Part shown: in pieces, positions 12,874-24,894 of the stretch
How the letters are laid out: every line of letters begins with the position of its first letter
How positions within the stretch are numbered: position 1 is the first letter of the stretch
From: Epiperipatus broadwayi
Lineage: Eukaryota > Animalia > Onychophora
Direction: 5' to 3'
Assembly (NCBI GenBank): GCA_028023455.1
Contig: JAQFVV010000006.1
Location: forward strand, 12,586,001 to 12,650,000
Length of the DNA stretch: 64,000 nucleotides
Notes under the pieces: generated by a model
The model's database searches: none
Seen by the model: only the letters and a program-made list of their open reading frames with translations
What the model was told of the DNA's origin: nothing
Position numbers and translations under genes: made by a program

Positions 12874-13562
12874 GTAAGACCTTTACTTAGATACTTTTAA
12901 AATATTAATTTTGTATGTTTTATCATTTTATTTATTAGAAGGCTATAGCATATAAACTAATTATATAATATATGTAAAAAACATTTAATTACAAAAAAAA
13001 AAATAACAGTCACTAGGATCTATTCAAAAATTTGACAGGTGGAGCTGATGTCAAACTAGTTATATGAAATTTTTTAAATATTGTTACATTATGTCAATAG
13101 AGGGCCTAATTTTCATTTTTATACAATACAGTAAATAAAATAACATCTCTATACATAACTGTTTATAGATTTATCAGTGAGACAAAGCAACCTATCTTTT
13201 AAAATTGTTAAAGACAGCATATATATAATACTTATATAAACATGAAATTAAGTATATCTTAATGTATATATGTAAACAAAAAGAGTAAATCACCCTTCCT
13301 CAGATTATGAATAAATACTGTAACAGTATGGCTAGATATGGACACAAAAATAATGGGTAATGGAAATCACTGTCAAGCAAAAAGCATTTTACTAAACATA
13401 GAAAGTAACCAAAGAGTCATAACTGGAAGTAAATATTATAAACAAGGTATAAGTGATAAACATAATATCACCAGTATTAATCATTAATAGTCAACAGTTA
13501 TCCATTGTGATTAGAATTTTAAAAAGTACATTATAAAATCTTAGGCTAAATATCATCTAGAG

Positions 13563-14329
13563 CATGAGTGGCCAAGATGTCAAACACAAAGCTGATGTGA
13601 ACATTGAGAAATTATAGTGATAAATTCAGAGCTGATTTGAATATAAAAAAATAATAAAAAAGTACAAATTCAAAATTATTCTTGTTTAAAAATAGTTAAA
13701 TTTAAAATAACACATGTTGTTAGTGTCCATCTCAAAACTAAGCCCAGGTTGGAAGAAGCTGAAAAGAATTAAATTATTTTTGTGTAGTGCGAGAGTTAAA
13801 ATTCTCAGAAATATTCAATTGCCATTTTCCCGAGGAGAAATAAAAATAATTTGTCCTGGAGAAACAAGAATTTTAATGAACTGATTTTAAAACAAAGAAG
13901 TTGTGAACTTTTTAAAACACTTTGTATAGTAATTTAATAATTGTAATTTAATAAATATTTTATAAAGCAATATGCACAAATTGTAATACTAGAGGGAGAT
14001 GAGGTAATTTACTAGTAGTCATATAAAATGTCTTCAACAGTTCACATCTTATTGAAAAAAAATTCATCAGTTCATATCTTCTAAAAATTCACCAATATTT
14101 CTGAGTACCTAAAGAGCCCTTATAAAAAAAAATAACAATTTGTAAGTAAATTCTAAAAAAAAAAAACAGGACCTTGAACCAATATTTTTTTCCATTCTGG
14201 TTTTCATTCTGGCAAAAATAACTTTTTTTTTCTGGTTTCCAGTTCAAAGCTCTGGAAAAAGTAGTCGCTCTCAGGTACACTTTAACCAAAAAAAGTCATC
14301 CCCAACATCTAAAAATTTGGCCACCCCTG
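13563..14329. mobile_element. Putative non-autonomous hAT-type DNA transposon (MITE)
   Basis: Ends CATGAGTGGCCAA and TTGGCCACCCCTG (imperfect TIRs). 8-bp flanks ATCTAGAG and ATCTACAA; the left one fits the NTCTAGAN hAT target preference. Confidence 0.5.
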
Positions 14330-14522
14330 ATCTACAAGATGCCAAACTTAGAACATAATATAAAAACAATCTTCTATTTTTTTCTGTTTCACATATTTAT
14401 GTGCTAAAATATCTAAACATTTCACCCCTGATCTACAAGATGCCAAACTTAGAACATAATATAAAAACAATCTTCTATTTTTTTCTGTTTCACATATTTA
14501 TGTGCTAAAATATCTAAACAAT
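14322..14522. repeat. Near-perfect 101-bp tandem duplication
   Basis: cacccctgatctacaagatgcc... starts at 14322 and again at 14423. Confidence 0.95.
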
Positions 14523-14707
14523 ACATGTAAATTAAAAATTCTGGGAATATGATATTGATGATGATTTTCATCAGTGCTCTGACCCATTTTGTATTATGAG
14601 AATACTGGTCATCAACAAAATATTAATAATATTATACAATCTATAAAATGATGGAAGTAGATTTTAAAGGTGATCTTTATCTTTGTGCTATCTAAATAAT
14701 TATATTA

Positions 14708-15487
14708 AAACAGGCAAAACTCTCCATACAGTAATGCCACTGAGTGCAAGCTAGAGCAATCAATGGATGCCAGAAGGCTTGTGCATAAAATCCCCATCTA
14801 GTGCCTACTCATCCAATATCCCCAGACTAGTTTCTGGCTTGTGGCTTTCGTCAGTGAGGAGCCTTGGATCTGAGAGCACTACACCTAGATTTTAGGATCT
14901 AATGCAACCCTCCAGCAGCCACCTTTTATCTCTATTTAACTACAAAACTATGAGAATAAAATTGAAAACACAATATTTTCAATCCAAGCTCATTAGCTTA
15001 TACAGTCATATAGGTCTGAACTCAGTTCAGCACCCATACATTTTGGCATCTTTGGTTCTTTAATAACCATAGCCACCACTATCCTATTAGGCAGGATTGG
15101 TATTAAACCACTAAACATCACTTGGATCACCATTTCTTATGCTTGCTCATAACTATTATTAAAACAGGTAAAACTCTCCATACAGTAGTGCCACTCAGTG
15201 CAAGCCAGAATAATCAATGGATGCCAGAAGGCTTGTGCATAAAATCCCTATCTAATGCCTACTCATCCAATATCCCCAGGCTAGTTTCTAGTCTGTGGCT
15301 TTCATCAGTGAGGAGCCTTGGATCTGAGAGCATTGCACTTAGATCTTGGGATTTTATGCACAACCCTTGTGTCATCCATTGATTATTCTGGCTTGCACTG
15401 AGTGGCACTACTGTAAAGAGAGTTTTACCTGTTTTAATAACACTTATGAGGAAGCATAAGAAATGGTGATCATGTGATGTTTAGTGG
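14708..15487. mobile_element. Family A insertion A3: about 1.4 tandem monomers plus inverted arm
   Basis: cagg(c/t)aaaactctcc at 14711 and 15165; HHR motifs at 14819-14860 and 15273-15314 (period 454); inverted arm 15348-15487; TSD ctaaataatt (14692-14701, 15488-15497). Confidence 0.92.
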
Positions 15488-16184
15488 CTAAATAATTCTA
15501 AAGAGAATTATTGTAGATTTCCAAGCAGATGTATGTACACACATACTGTTATTATGCAAACTAGTTTTGAGATCACAAGGACCGTAAACAACATGGCTGC
15601 AAGCACAAGAAAATACATATATGTAAAACCTAATCTATTCTAGTATCAAATAATTTCATTGGAATAATTTAAAATAGTGATTAATACATTTATTAATTGG
15701 ATATAATAATACAAAATAAAATTAAAAGTCTAATAAGTACTCTATAATACAAATATATCACTCTGATTCTGACTAAATATCATTTCCATAAATTGATAAA
15801 CTTAAACAATCAATTTTACAAATGTATATAACTTGTTTACATAACACACATACATAAATGTGCATACATGGTAAAACAAGATAATTCAATAATTACTAAA
15901 ACTAAAAAAGATTATTCTATGTTAATAACACATAGTGAACGGATTTAAATATATACAAGCATGTACAGATAAGCATATACATGTCATAATATAAAATAAT
16001 TGGAACCTTAATAATCATTTGATTAAATTCACATGTGATAAACTATTTTAACCATATGAAATAGTTCATGTTAAATGTATATAAAATACACACTCATATA
16101 TATATATGCATAATCTACAAATACTTTACATGATCAAATTTCAATGTTAAAATTTCTTCTAATGTTGCCGTCTATATATAAAAT

Positions 16185-16870
16185 TAAAAATTATCAATTT
16201 AAAACAAAATTGAAACGAGACAACTCACTATAAATAAAAATATTATTTAATACACCAATTCTGCTTTCATTCCTTAATAGAACCTTTTCAAGATGGTTCT
16301 TTTTTCACAGTCACATGACCAATTACTCTACAGAAACTCCCCTCAATGGACATTATTTACATTACAATAAATATAATTATTAAAATACATACATTAAATA
16401 TAATTAGTATATATATGTACATAAAAATGATTAAACTTATTACTGTCCTTTTCCCCCATAAATAATCTAAAAAAGACAATAATAATCTCTTCCTTCTATT
16501 TTTGGAAACTTTAGAGTTATAATCTTAAAAATAGATGGAAGGAATTTTTATTATTGTTTTTGTGTTTTTTTTTAGATTATTTGTATATATATATATATTA
16601 TGGGGGGGGGAGGACTGTAATAAGTTTAATCATTTTTATATACATATATGTATTTTTCTAATTATATTTAATGTATTTTAATAATTATATTTATTGTAAT
16701 GTAATGTAAATAATTTCCATTGGGGGAGTTGCTGTAGGGTCATGTGATTGTGTAAAACAAAACATCTTGAAAAGCTTCCATTAAGAAATGGAAGTGATTG
16801 ATGGATTAAATAATATTTTTACTTATAGTGAATTGTTTATTTCAATTTTGTTTTAAATTGATTATTTTTA
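16185..16870. repeat. Large imperfect inverted repeat (~340-bp arms), fold-back or MITE-like
   Basis: Blocks such as cacagtcacatgacc/ggtcatgtgattgtg and aaaatgattaaacttattac/gtaataagtttaatcatttt mirror each other around ~16520. Confidence 0.85.
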
Positions 16871-17837
16871 ATGCATAGTCTAATATAATATAAATATTTC
16901 AGTTATAAATTTTAATTCTTTTATCTTATAAATCAAGCCATTGCTACTGTTAATTGTAAACAAAGTTTTTAAAACAAAAAAAAAAGTTGCTTTTTTAAAA
17001 AACTCCTCTTAAAAGTTACTTTTTTCAGATCACACTTAAATTGTAAACAAGATCTTTGAAAGTCCCACTTAAGTTCTTTTATTTTTAACTTCTGACCTCT
17101 ACAAATTTTCCTAAACTTTTTCCTATATTAATTGCTTTAATTTTTTTCAAAAGTTATTTATTATTTAATCAAGATAGGTAAAGTTTAATAGTAAGTGGAT
17201 ATAAAGATTTTTACTAAAAAAGTTAAATATATAGTTTTACTCAACCACTAATTTTTTCCTTCTATACTTCATATGTTTGTTCATAAATTAAATTTCATGC
17301 ATGGTTAATATATATATGACTGGCAGTAATTTCTTTTGATATGCCTCCATGTATAAATTAAAAGCAGAACACGTCCAATGTATAGTACTGGAATTTCACA
17401 ATTAGTAGGCTGGCTTCTTATTGTTATGTCTAAAATGTAGATAGTTACAGTAACACAAGCAGGACATAATTCCATTCAGTTTTGGCAATTTAATAAGCTG
17501 CAGCTAGTTAAATGGTTCACTTCTCACATATTGGGCTATAAATCACAGAAAAGTTACTTTCCATACCTCTCTGGAAGTTTAAGCTCAACCAACTTCTGTG
17601 TATTTGTAAATTAGTGAATTGAAATGTCACGTACCTTTGTCGTTACACTAGTAAATAAATTTAAAGATGGCGCTGCAGTCGGTTCTCATTCCTGAAAAAG
17701 ATGCTTGATAAACTGATGAGGATAAAAGGGTGCAGAATCCTATTCTCTCTCTCTCAGTCCAGGATTTTCCAGTATGGAGCAGATATAAAATGCATCAGAA
17801 TAATTAATAGGATTCCGTGACAAAGCCATAAGTGAAA

Positions 17838-17873
17838 ATGGCTGAAGAGATTAAAATTGTAAAGTCTGAACAT
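17838..17873 (+). CDS. Candidate first coding exon (MAEEIKIVKSEH)
   Basis: aaaATGG start context, GTAAGT donor at 17874, AAGATGGCG promoter-like motif ~170 nt upstream. No convincing downstream exon found. Confidence 0.3.
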
Positions 17874-18024
17874 GTAAGTGCAAACTTTTGAACTTTATAG
17901 CGTTATGCAAGAGTTATTGTATTTGCTTTATTAACTAATATGTAAAATATTTATGTCTTTATACTGTTTAAATATAAATTAAAATTATATAAAATGTCAA
18001 GTGTTTGCTCATTTTATTTCTTAC

Positions 18025-18197
18025 GCTATCTGACTGGTTTTCTGAAAAGTAGAAACCCTCAGACATAGCTCCAACATAAAAACTAAAATTGCACTTTCTT
18101 GGTTTTCTACATTTTCTACAACTGCATTCTGTTACTCTAGTCTTATAATCTTCAATCATTTCATCTGAATCCACTAGTTGTATTATATGCAAAAAAT
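18025..18197 (-). CDS. Candidate internal exon with Cys-rich peptide
   Basis: TTTTAG acceptor, GTAAGA donor, open frame FLHIIQLVDSDEMIEDYKTRVTECSCRKCRKPRKCNFSFYVGAMSEGFYFSENQSDS. Confidence 0.25.
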
Positions 18198-18515
18198 CTA
18201 AAATCAGAATAATTATAAAAAGCTATTCTTTATTTTGATTACAAAAAAGACCATTATCATTATCTTACTTTTCAATCAATACTAAAATAAGTTAAAAGAT
18301 TTCTTAATCCTTTTAATAAGAACAGATTACAGGATTAAGTAGATTATAAAGAAAAACACTTTGTTTTATTTCCCCAATTTTTTTTCTTAATTACAATGAA
18401 ATATTATAAACTTTTGTCAAAATGATTTGCATTAAATAAATAATGTTATATTTGATTTGAAATAGTTTACATTATTTTAAAAATATCCTGAAATATTATT
18501 ATTTAATCAATACCT

Positions 18516-18635
18516 AAACATCACATGATCACTATCTCATACTAGCACATAATTGTTATTAAACAATTTAAAACAAAGCAAAACTCTCCACAAGATGGCA
18601 CTACTATATTGAGAGTTTTGCTTTGTTTTGAATTG
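18516..18635. mobile_element. Family A minimal fold-back (ends only, no HHR)
   Basis: Tail plus short inverted arms; perfect 14-bp TSD tttaatcaatacct (18502-18515, 18636-18649). Confidence 0.85.
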
Positions 18636-19701
18636 TTTAATCAATACCTGTTATTCCAGGTAATATATTTTAACTAAATATATACAATTGCAAAGGACCC
18701 ACATGCCATTGTCGAAAAGAATTCATGTGTTCCATTGCCCCAAATCTAATTGCCTTATTTGCATATTGTATCTCATTTACATATTACATAACATCAATTA
18801 TATAACACACCTGTACTGCATAACTTTACTCAGCCCCATGATTCTGACAGTGTTTTGTCGACAGCTGGCTCAGTGATTTTAATTAGTTTATGTTATTATA
18901 GCTTTTTATCTGAACTCTTAAGTCAACAAGTGTTTAAGAATTAATAGTTTTATGAAAAGAGATAATACTCCGAGTATTGTATAATAAATATCTTGTTTGT
19001 GTTCATTTCTACTTTTCTTTTCAAGCTTTAAATATATATGCACACACACTATATTGTGTGCCATAAACCTAATTCATCTCAATATATATTGTAGCAGTAT
19101 AAATGTGAAAATATGGTGAGTGACCTGAGAAATAGAGCCTCTATTGAACTTGGAATTAAATTTTATAGTAAATAAGTTTGGTTTAAGCAAGTTACAGGAG
19201 ACCCTATATATTTTGATTGAATTTCTCCCATTTATACCAATACAATATTATGATGAATTGCCTAAAATGTAATATAAATATAAGATAATAGTTTGGATAC
19301 TAAACAGTTTGTTTTCTTGGCTGCTATTTATAATGATTATGTTGATTAATAGAGTAATGAATACCCCAGATCAATAATGCATAATGTTAATAGTAGTTTA
19401 TTTACAATCGAGAAACAATCTATAAAGAATATGATGAATAAATAGAGTTTCTTATAAAATATTTGCATCAAGTGTTTAGATCTGTAGTGGTGTAAAACAA
19501 CAAACTTATATTTATAACTAAGAGAAAATATATGTGTTTATAATTAAATCTTAATAGAAAGATATAAAATCAGGCATTAACTTATTGCGAGTTATTAATC
19601 AAATAAATATAAGAAAATCTAAATAAATTCATATATGCTTGAATTGATACAATTATAATTTGGAATGATTATAATTATCTTCTCTTAGTTATGCCTGTTT
19701 T

Positions 19702-19809
19702 CTTCCTATGTCATAGCATCGGCCAGGAGGTGAACCCGCACCAACCATCTACAACCAGCTGCTGGCTTGACAGGCGGCTGCGCTGACCCCTCGGCTAACA
19801 ACGCCTGAC
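19702..19809 (-). mobile_element. tRNA-Gly-derived short SINE
   Basis: tRNA-like body ending GGCCGATGCTATGACATAGGAAG; perfect 16-bp TSD tagttatgcctgtttt (19686-19701, 19810-19825). Confidence 0.85.
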
Positions 19810-20375
19810 TAGTTATGCCTGTTTTTTTTTATCAACCATTCTTAAAATCATGAACTAGCATAAATAATTATAAATAAACATCATAAAGTTTCAAAATAGA
19901 ACTTAATAATCCATAATGAGACTGTTACTTAATAAGTACATATTTCATAAATATCCAATGTTAGTAAAACAAAATAATATGAAGATATTAATAAATGATT
20001 TCCATTAGTCAGTGACGATAGTAATCCATTTATCTACCTACTATGTCCAGTGTATTCGTACTGTGAGTTGGGTATAATTAAGCTTTCATTTCAAAATATC
20101 TGAGCAATTTTTGTTATCTTAATTTCTTTAAGAAAATAACCGTGCCATATTCTTTATGTTATATAATAATCCTTAAATCTAGGAATGTGCTTGCAAGTTT
20201 AAGATCCATTCATGATAAATCTGACTAATATGCATAAAACTATCTTATAGGTAATGTCATGATGTTGTAAAATTAAAAGACTGATGTTCCTTTATAAATA
20301 TTCCTCTCATTTTATATATCAGCACTATCTCTTGATTTCTTTATTAATATTAGATGATAATATCCCGTATTAAAT

Positions 20376-20560
20376 CATCATCATCATCATCAACCATTAT
20401 CAATCCACTGCAGGATGAAGGTCTTTCCAAGTTTAATCCATCTTCTCTGATCTTTAGCTTCTCGTTTCCACAACACCCCTGCACATTTTCTTATTTCATC
20501 CATCCATCTCACATGTGGTCTCTTTCTGGGTCTTTTACAATCTCTTGGAATCCAGTTTAA
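20376..20560 (-). mobile_element. 5'-truncated RTE-clade LINE 3' end
   Basis: Minus strand encodes NWIPRDCKRPRKRPHVRWMDEIRKCAGVLWKREAKDQRRWIKLGKTFILQWIDNG*, then a (GAT)n tail; 12-bp TSD cccgtattaaat. Confidence 0.9.
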
Positions 20561-20834
20561 CCCGTATTAAATACATGCATATATTTATTTGAAGTCACAT
20601 AAACATCCTTTGAACATTTTTGTGAACAAAGATAAATTTCGAACACGACTTCTAAAAATGATTGCTAAGCCATTGATTTAAATTTTCATTTGCCTGGGGA
20701 ATGTTAATTTTTTTTAAGCAGCCGCGAGGTAGACTTCCTTTGTATATAATTTCACAAATATATACTTTAAGACCATTGTAATGAAATAAGGTCTGTTAAA
20801 AATTCAATTTTCTTCTGCAACAAATGAGTATATA

Positions 20835-20947
20835 CGTCAAGCGTTGGTGGTCAAGTAGTCAGCACAATTGCCTTACAAGCAGTTGTCCCGGGTTAGTGGG
20901 TTCGCTTGCCGGCCGATGCTATGACATATGAAAAAACAAAAAAACGA
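20835..20947 (+). mobile_element. tRNA-Gly-derived short SINE
   Basis: GCGTTGGTGGTCAAGTAGTCAGCACAATTGCCTTACAAGCAGTTGTCCCGGGTT closely resembles metazoan tRNA-Gly(TCC) as I recall it; A-rich tail; perfect 16-bp TSD aacaaatgagtatata. Confidence 0.88.
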
Positions 20948-21260
20948 AACAAATGAGTATATAAATAAAAAATACACTTTAAAAAAATAAGAACAATACA
21001 TTTTATTTTTGCTGACCAGTCACAAACTCTTTTAATCATTTCGTTTAACAATGTAATCTGTTGTTATGGTTACATATGACTTGCTCACAGTTTCCTTGTC
21101 GAATTTCATCAAGCAATTATTATTGTTGCTAAACATAATTTTAAAATATTAGTCATATATACGTATACAAAGATTTATCCACATGAGAGTGTTATTTGTT
21201 GTTTATTCACTAATATTCCTATTAAAAGGTGTGTGTGTGTGTGTGTGTACATATATGAAT

Positions 21261-21464
21261 ATCAAAATTACCCCCAATTCACAACTTAACCAGACTAGCC
21301 AAAAAACCTCTAAAAACCATGGTTTCACTGCTACAAGAAGACTTCTCAAGTGTAAAGAACTACAAAAAAAAATAGTTCTTTACACTTGAGAAGTCTAACA
21401 GTGAACCCATTGGTTGATCATTAGAGTTTTTTTGTTGTTGTTATGAATTTGGAGTAATTTTGAT
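21261..21464. mobile_element. Family C fold-back repeat (second, single-arm copy at ~29878-30000)
   Basis: Central perfect stem agacttctcaagtgtaaagaacta/tagttctttacacttgagaagtct; outer arms atcaaaattac/gtaattttgat; TTGAGAA...GCAGT-GAAAC HHR-like core. Confidence 0.7.
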
Positions 21465-22499
21465 TATTGATTAATTTAGTTTTAGATTTTTAATGTTTAT
21501 ATATGAATATCTACATATGATGGCTACTAACTCCAAGATAAAGTAATGAAGAAATTTTAATATATATATATTTAATATATATATATGATATCTGACTTGT
21601 TATTATATATATATGATCCTATTTTAGTTTAAGAGATCTATTAGATGGTACAATATATAATAGCTTACAATGAATACTTTTTATAAGACAAGCTCCAAAG
21701 AAATTATTTGATGTTTTTTTGTTCAATTTTTTTAAAAAAAGGCAACTATGTACAGTATATATGTTCTTAACAATATTTTATATGTTTGTTTGAAGGTCTT
21801 TTATGATGACATTCTACTTGTTGGATTATTCCCATCAATTGTTAACTCTCTTATAGTTGCTCAAATAGATCCAATTGCTAATGGTACCCACATATGTTAA
21901 TATGGAACAGAGCACTTCAAGTTGTATTTATTCTTCTTCATGTGTTATTGACTTTTTTTAATTAAAAAAACTTTATTGATAAGAAACAACTATATAATTC
22001 TATTAATAGAGCTCATTTACTTCTAAAGAAAAGCTTATATTTATTTCAGTTAATAACTAACTAAGCAATGCTTTCAACCTAGAAAAACAAATTCATAATG
22101 CTCAAATTTGTCAACTGAAGTTAATTAGGAGAAAAGCACAAAATTTAATAACTGACAGTTAATATGTAAATTTGTCGATTTATATATTCCACTTTCATGA
22201 TAAAGTGACACACAAGCCTTTTGTGTTTATTGCATAGGTGTTGTTAGCAATGAATCATACTTCTTTAATGTTCTTTTCTGACCATTGCATTTTGCACATG
22301 ATATTTTAATATTATGTGGATTGAAATTATGGCCACATTCCATTTCATACTCCAGAACCACAGACTTCATATTGGGATCTTTCTTTTCACAGTTGTAAAT
22401 ATACTTATGTTGTGCTATCTGGAGGTACTGTTAGGTATGCAGTTCCCCATAACAGATTACTCTACAAGCAAACTCATTTCATCTGGTCTAAACAATCTT

Positions 22500-23700
22500 G
22501 AGGGACTGGTCCAGAGATAACCTATCTTTCATATTATTTATGAGCTTATTTAGGTATGGGGAAGGTAGGTCTGAAGTTGACATTAAATATGTCAGAACAT
22601 ATATTCTGTAAACATTATGATAACCCAACTGTATACAAATAATAACATATTCACAGTAGCATAAATGTGTGCTACATAAGAAAAAGTATGATGATGCAGT
22701 GACCGTAATGGTTCAGTTTAACACAATAAGTTGTTTAATTTCAATGAAGTGTGATCTACATTTAAAGAGTGAGATGTCCTAAATTTACATAACTATGATA
22801 CTGAAGAATATTCCAGATACTTGTTTTCCAAAAGTGAAATCTGATGGGAATAAAGATTCAAATTATGAGAAAGCACAACTGAGATAGATTGTTGATTGCA
22901 AGTTTTGGTCATGATATTCCTGAGTAAAAATTTGAGAGAATAAAGGTATGGGTTAAATAATTCCTTATTAGTGCATCGTATTTTTTAGTGTTAAATATTA
23001 TACAGCAGTGCCACAAGCCATATTATTTAGTGCATGAATAATTACAGATGCATTATAGGGATGAAAGTATTTTATATATTTTTTAGTAATTCTTGAGGTT
23101 GGTTGTATACTTATGATGCATGAATAGATTAAGAGATGAGAAGGATTAGCAGGTTTGAAAAAGGTGTAGCATTTCTTCAGAATATTTATGGCACAAAACA
23201 CACTTAGGTTCAAGATTTAGCTTAAATCAGACATTAAGAAATATTTTGGTTAGAATTATATCCTGTAATAAATTAAAAAGAATTTACAACAATGATTGAG
23301 GAGCACAAAGATTTTGAAACTTTGTTAGAGTTTGAGAAATTCATAGAGTTGTTCATATTCTAAATGGATAAGCCATTTTATTCGAATCTTTAAAGGATTT
23401 GCCAGTAAGAGATTTGATTGTATATTGATTTAAGAGATCAGCATGCCCAATGGCAGGATCTGTGAAAATTGACCACTTGACATATGAAATTGAAACAAGC
23501 AATGGTATTGGAAGAAAGATGGCACGAAGTATTGGATTAGTAAGTGTTTCAATATTTATTGTGGCCCTAATATAAGTTACCAAAGATCTGTGGCATGACA
23601 GCTAAATTTAAGGTGGCAGTCTAACCAATTAGCTGTTCTGCTAAAGATATTAGGCAGTAAAAATTCGATATAGTTATCTGTAAAGGACCTTCTGATTTTT
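22500..23700 (+). mobile_element. Possible ancient L1-like ORF2 (endonuclease/linker) remnant
   Basis: GLNNSLL near 22950 resembles the W.LN.SLL motif after the L1 APE domain; many stops; weak. Confidence 0.3.
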
Positions 23701-24453
23701 CTCATTTTTTAAGGGCCAGATTAATAAATAATTCCCAAACATTATGCAGTCTCACAATAGATTGATTTTAATGCAATAATCCATAAAGTTTGACAACAAC
23801 TTTTACAAAAGAAAAAAACCAAAAAAATCAAGAGGATCCTCATAGATAAATATATAAAATTTCTACTGGACATTCTCTTTGAAGTAAATATTAATAATTC
23901 TTTCCTTTCACAGACTTTTCTGCACAAATTATATTATTACCAATAAGGACAATGAATCCCTTATGGATTTTATGTAAAATTTATTTTCAATAGCTTACAG
24001 CATAAACTGTTAAACAGACTTCCTGAGAATTTTTTTAATAATTGAAATTCTGAGAAAGGTTGTTACATAGTTGAAACTGTAAGCTATTTGTAAATGTGAA
24101 AAATAAATTGTTGCATTTCCTAAAGTGCATAAAGGAATTAATTTCATTATTCATATGAGAAATTGGATATTTTCTTTGGTAGACTAACCTAATTTGTTAT
24201 GGTGCCATTTTAAATTGATTTATAAATGAGAAGGTTACAGGTTCAATCTTTATTTTAGACTGTTATGAAGTGCCTGTATTAATCTTGGTATTAATAAATT
24301 TATAAAGATATAAATAAAAGATGAATTTTTTAAAAGTAGTTAATAATTTAATTAAATAAATTCAAAATATAGCTACAAAAATGTATATTTTATTTTATAT
24401 AATTATTTATTACAAATCAAAGGGCCTAAAATATAAATAAATAGCTACTTATT

Positions 24454-24894
24454 AAAACAGTCAAAACTCTCTATACATGTTGCCACTCAATTCAAGCCAG
24501 AGTAATCAATGGATGCCAGAAGGCTTGTGCATAAAATCCCCATCTAGTGCCTAGTCATCCAATATCTCCAGACTAGTTTCTGGTTTATGGCCTTCATCAG
24601 TAAGGAGCCTTGGATCTGAGAGCACTGCACCTAGATCATAGGATGCATTAGATCCTAAGATCTATGTGCAGTGCTCTCAGATCCAAGGCTCCTCGCTGAC
24701 GAAGGCCATAAGCCAGAAACTAGTCTGAGGATATTGGATGAGTAGGCAGTAGATGGCGATTTTATGCACAAGCCTTCTGGCATCCATTGATTACTCTGGC
24801 TTGTATTGAGTGGCAATACGTATAGAGAGTTTTGCCTATTTTAATAAGTTATAGGCAAGCATAAGAAATGGCGATCACGTGATGTTTATTGGCT
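24454..24894. mobile_element. Family A fold-back insertion A4 (HHR motif on each strand)
   Basis: ~195-bp arms with apex near 24650, tail 24841-24894; 16-bp TSD taaatagct(a/g)cttatt (24438-24453, 24895-24910). Confidence 0.92.
24690..24731 (+). ncRNA. Minimal type I hammerhead ribozyme (Family A)
   Basis: UCCUCG-CUGACGA-A-GGC-cauaa-GCC-A-GAAA-CUA-GUC-UGAGGA; stem I remains fully paired despite two substitutions. Confidence 0.78.

Noticed and set aside
15122-15382. Multi-copy small protein gene family from repeated ORF-track peptides
   Set aside because: All hits are the antisense strand of the Family A repeat, with different starts and ends in each copy.
17717-17750. CTGATGAGGAT...ATCC as a hammerhead or C/D-box snoRNA
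   Set aside because: No GAAA after the putative stem II, no GUH with stem I, and no convincing terminal stem or box pair.
19702-19809. Functional tRNA genes at the tRNA-like loci
   Set aside because: Disrupted stems, insertions before the B box, variable anticodon loops, A tails and TSDs indicate SINEs or embedded tRNA-like modules.
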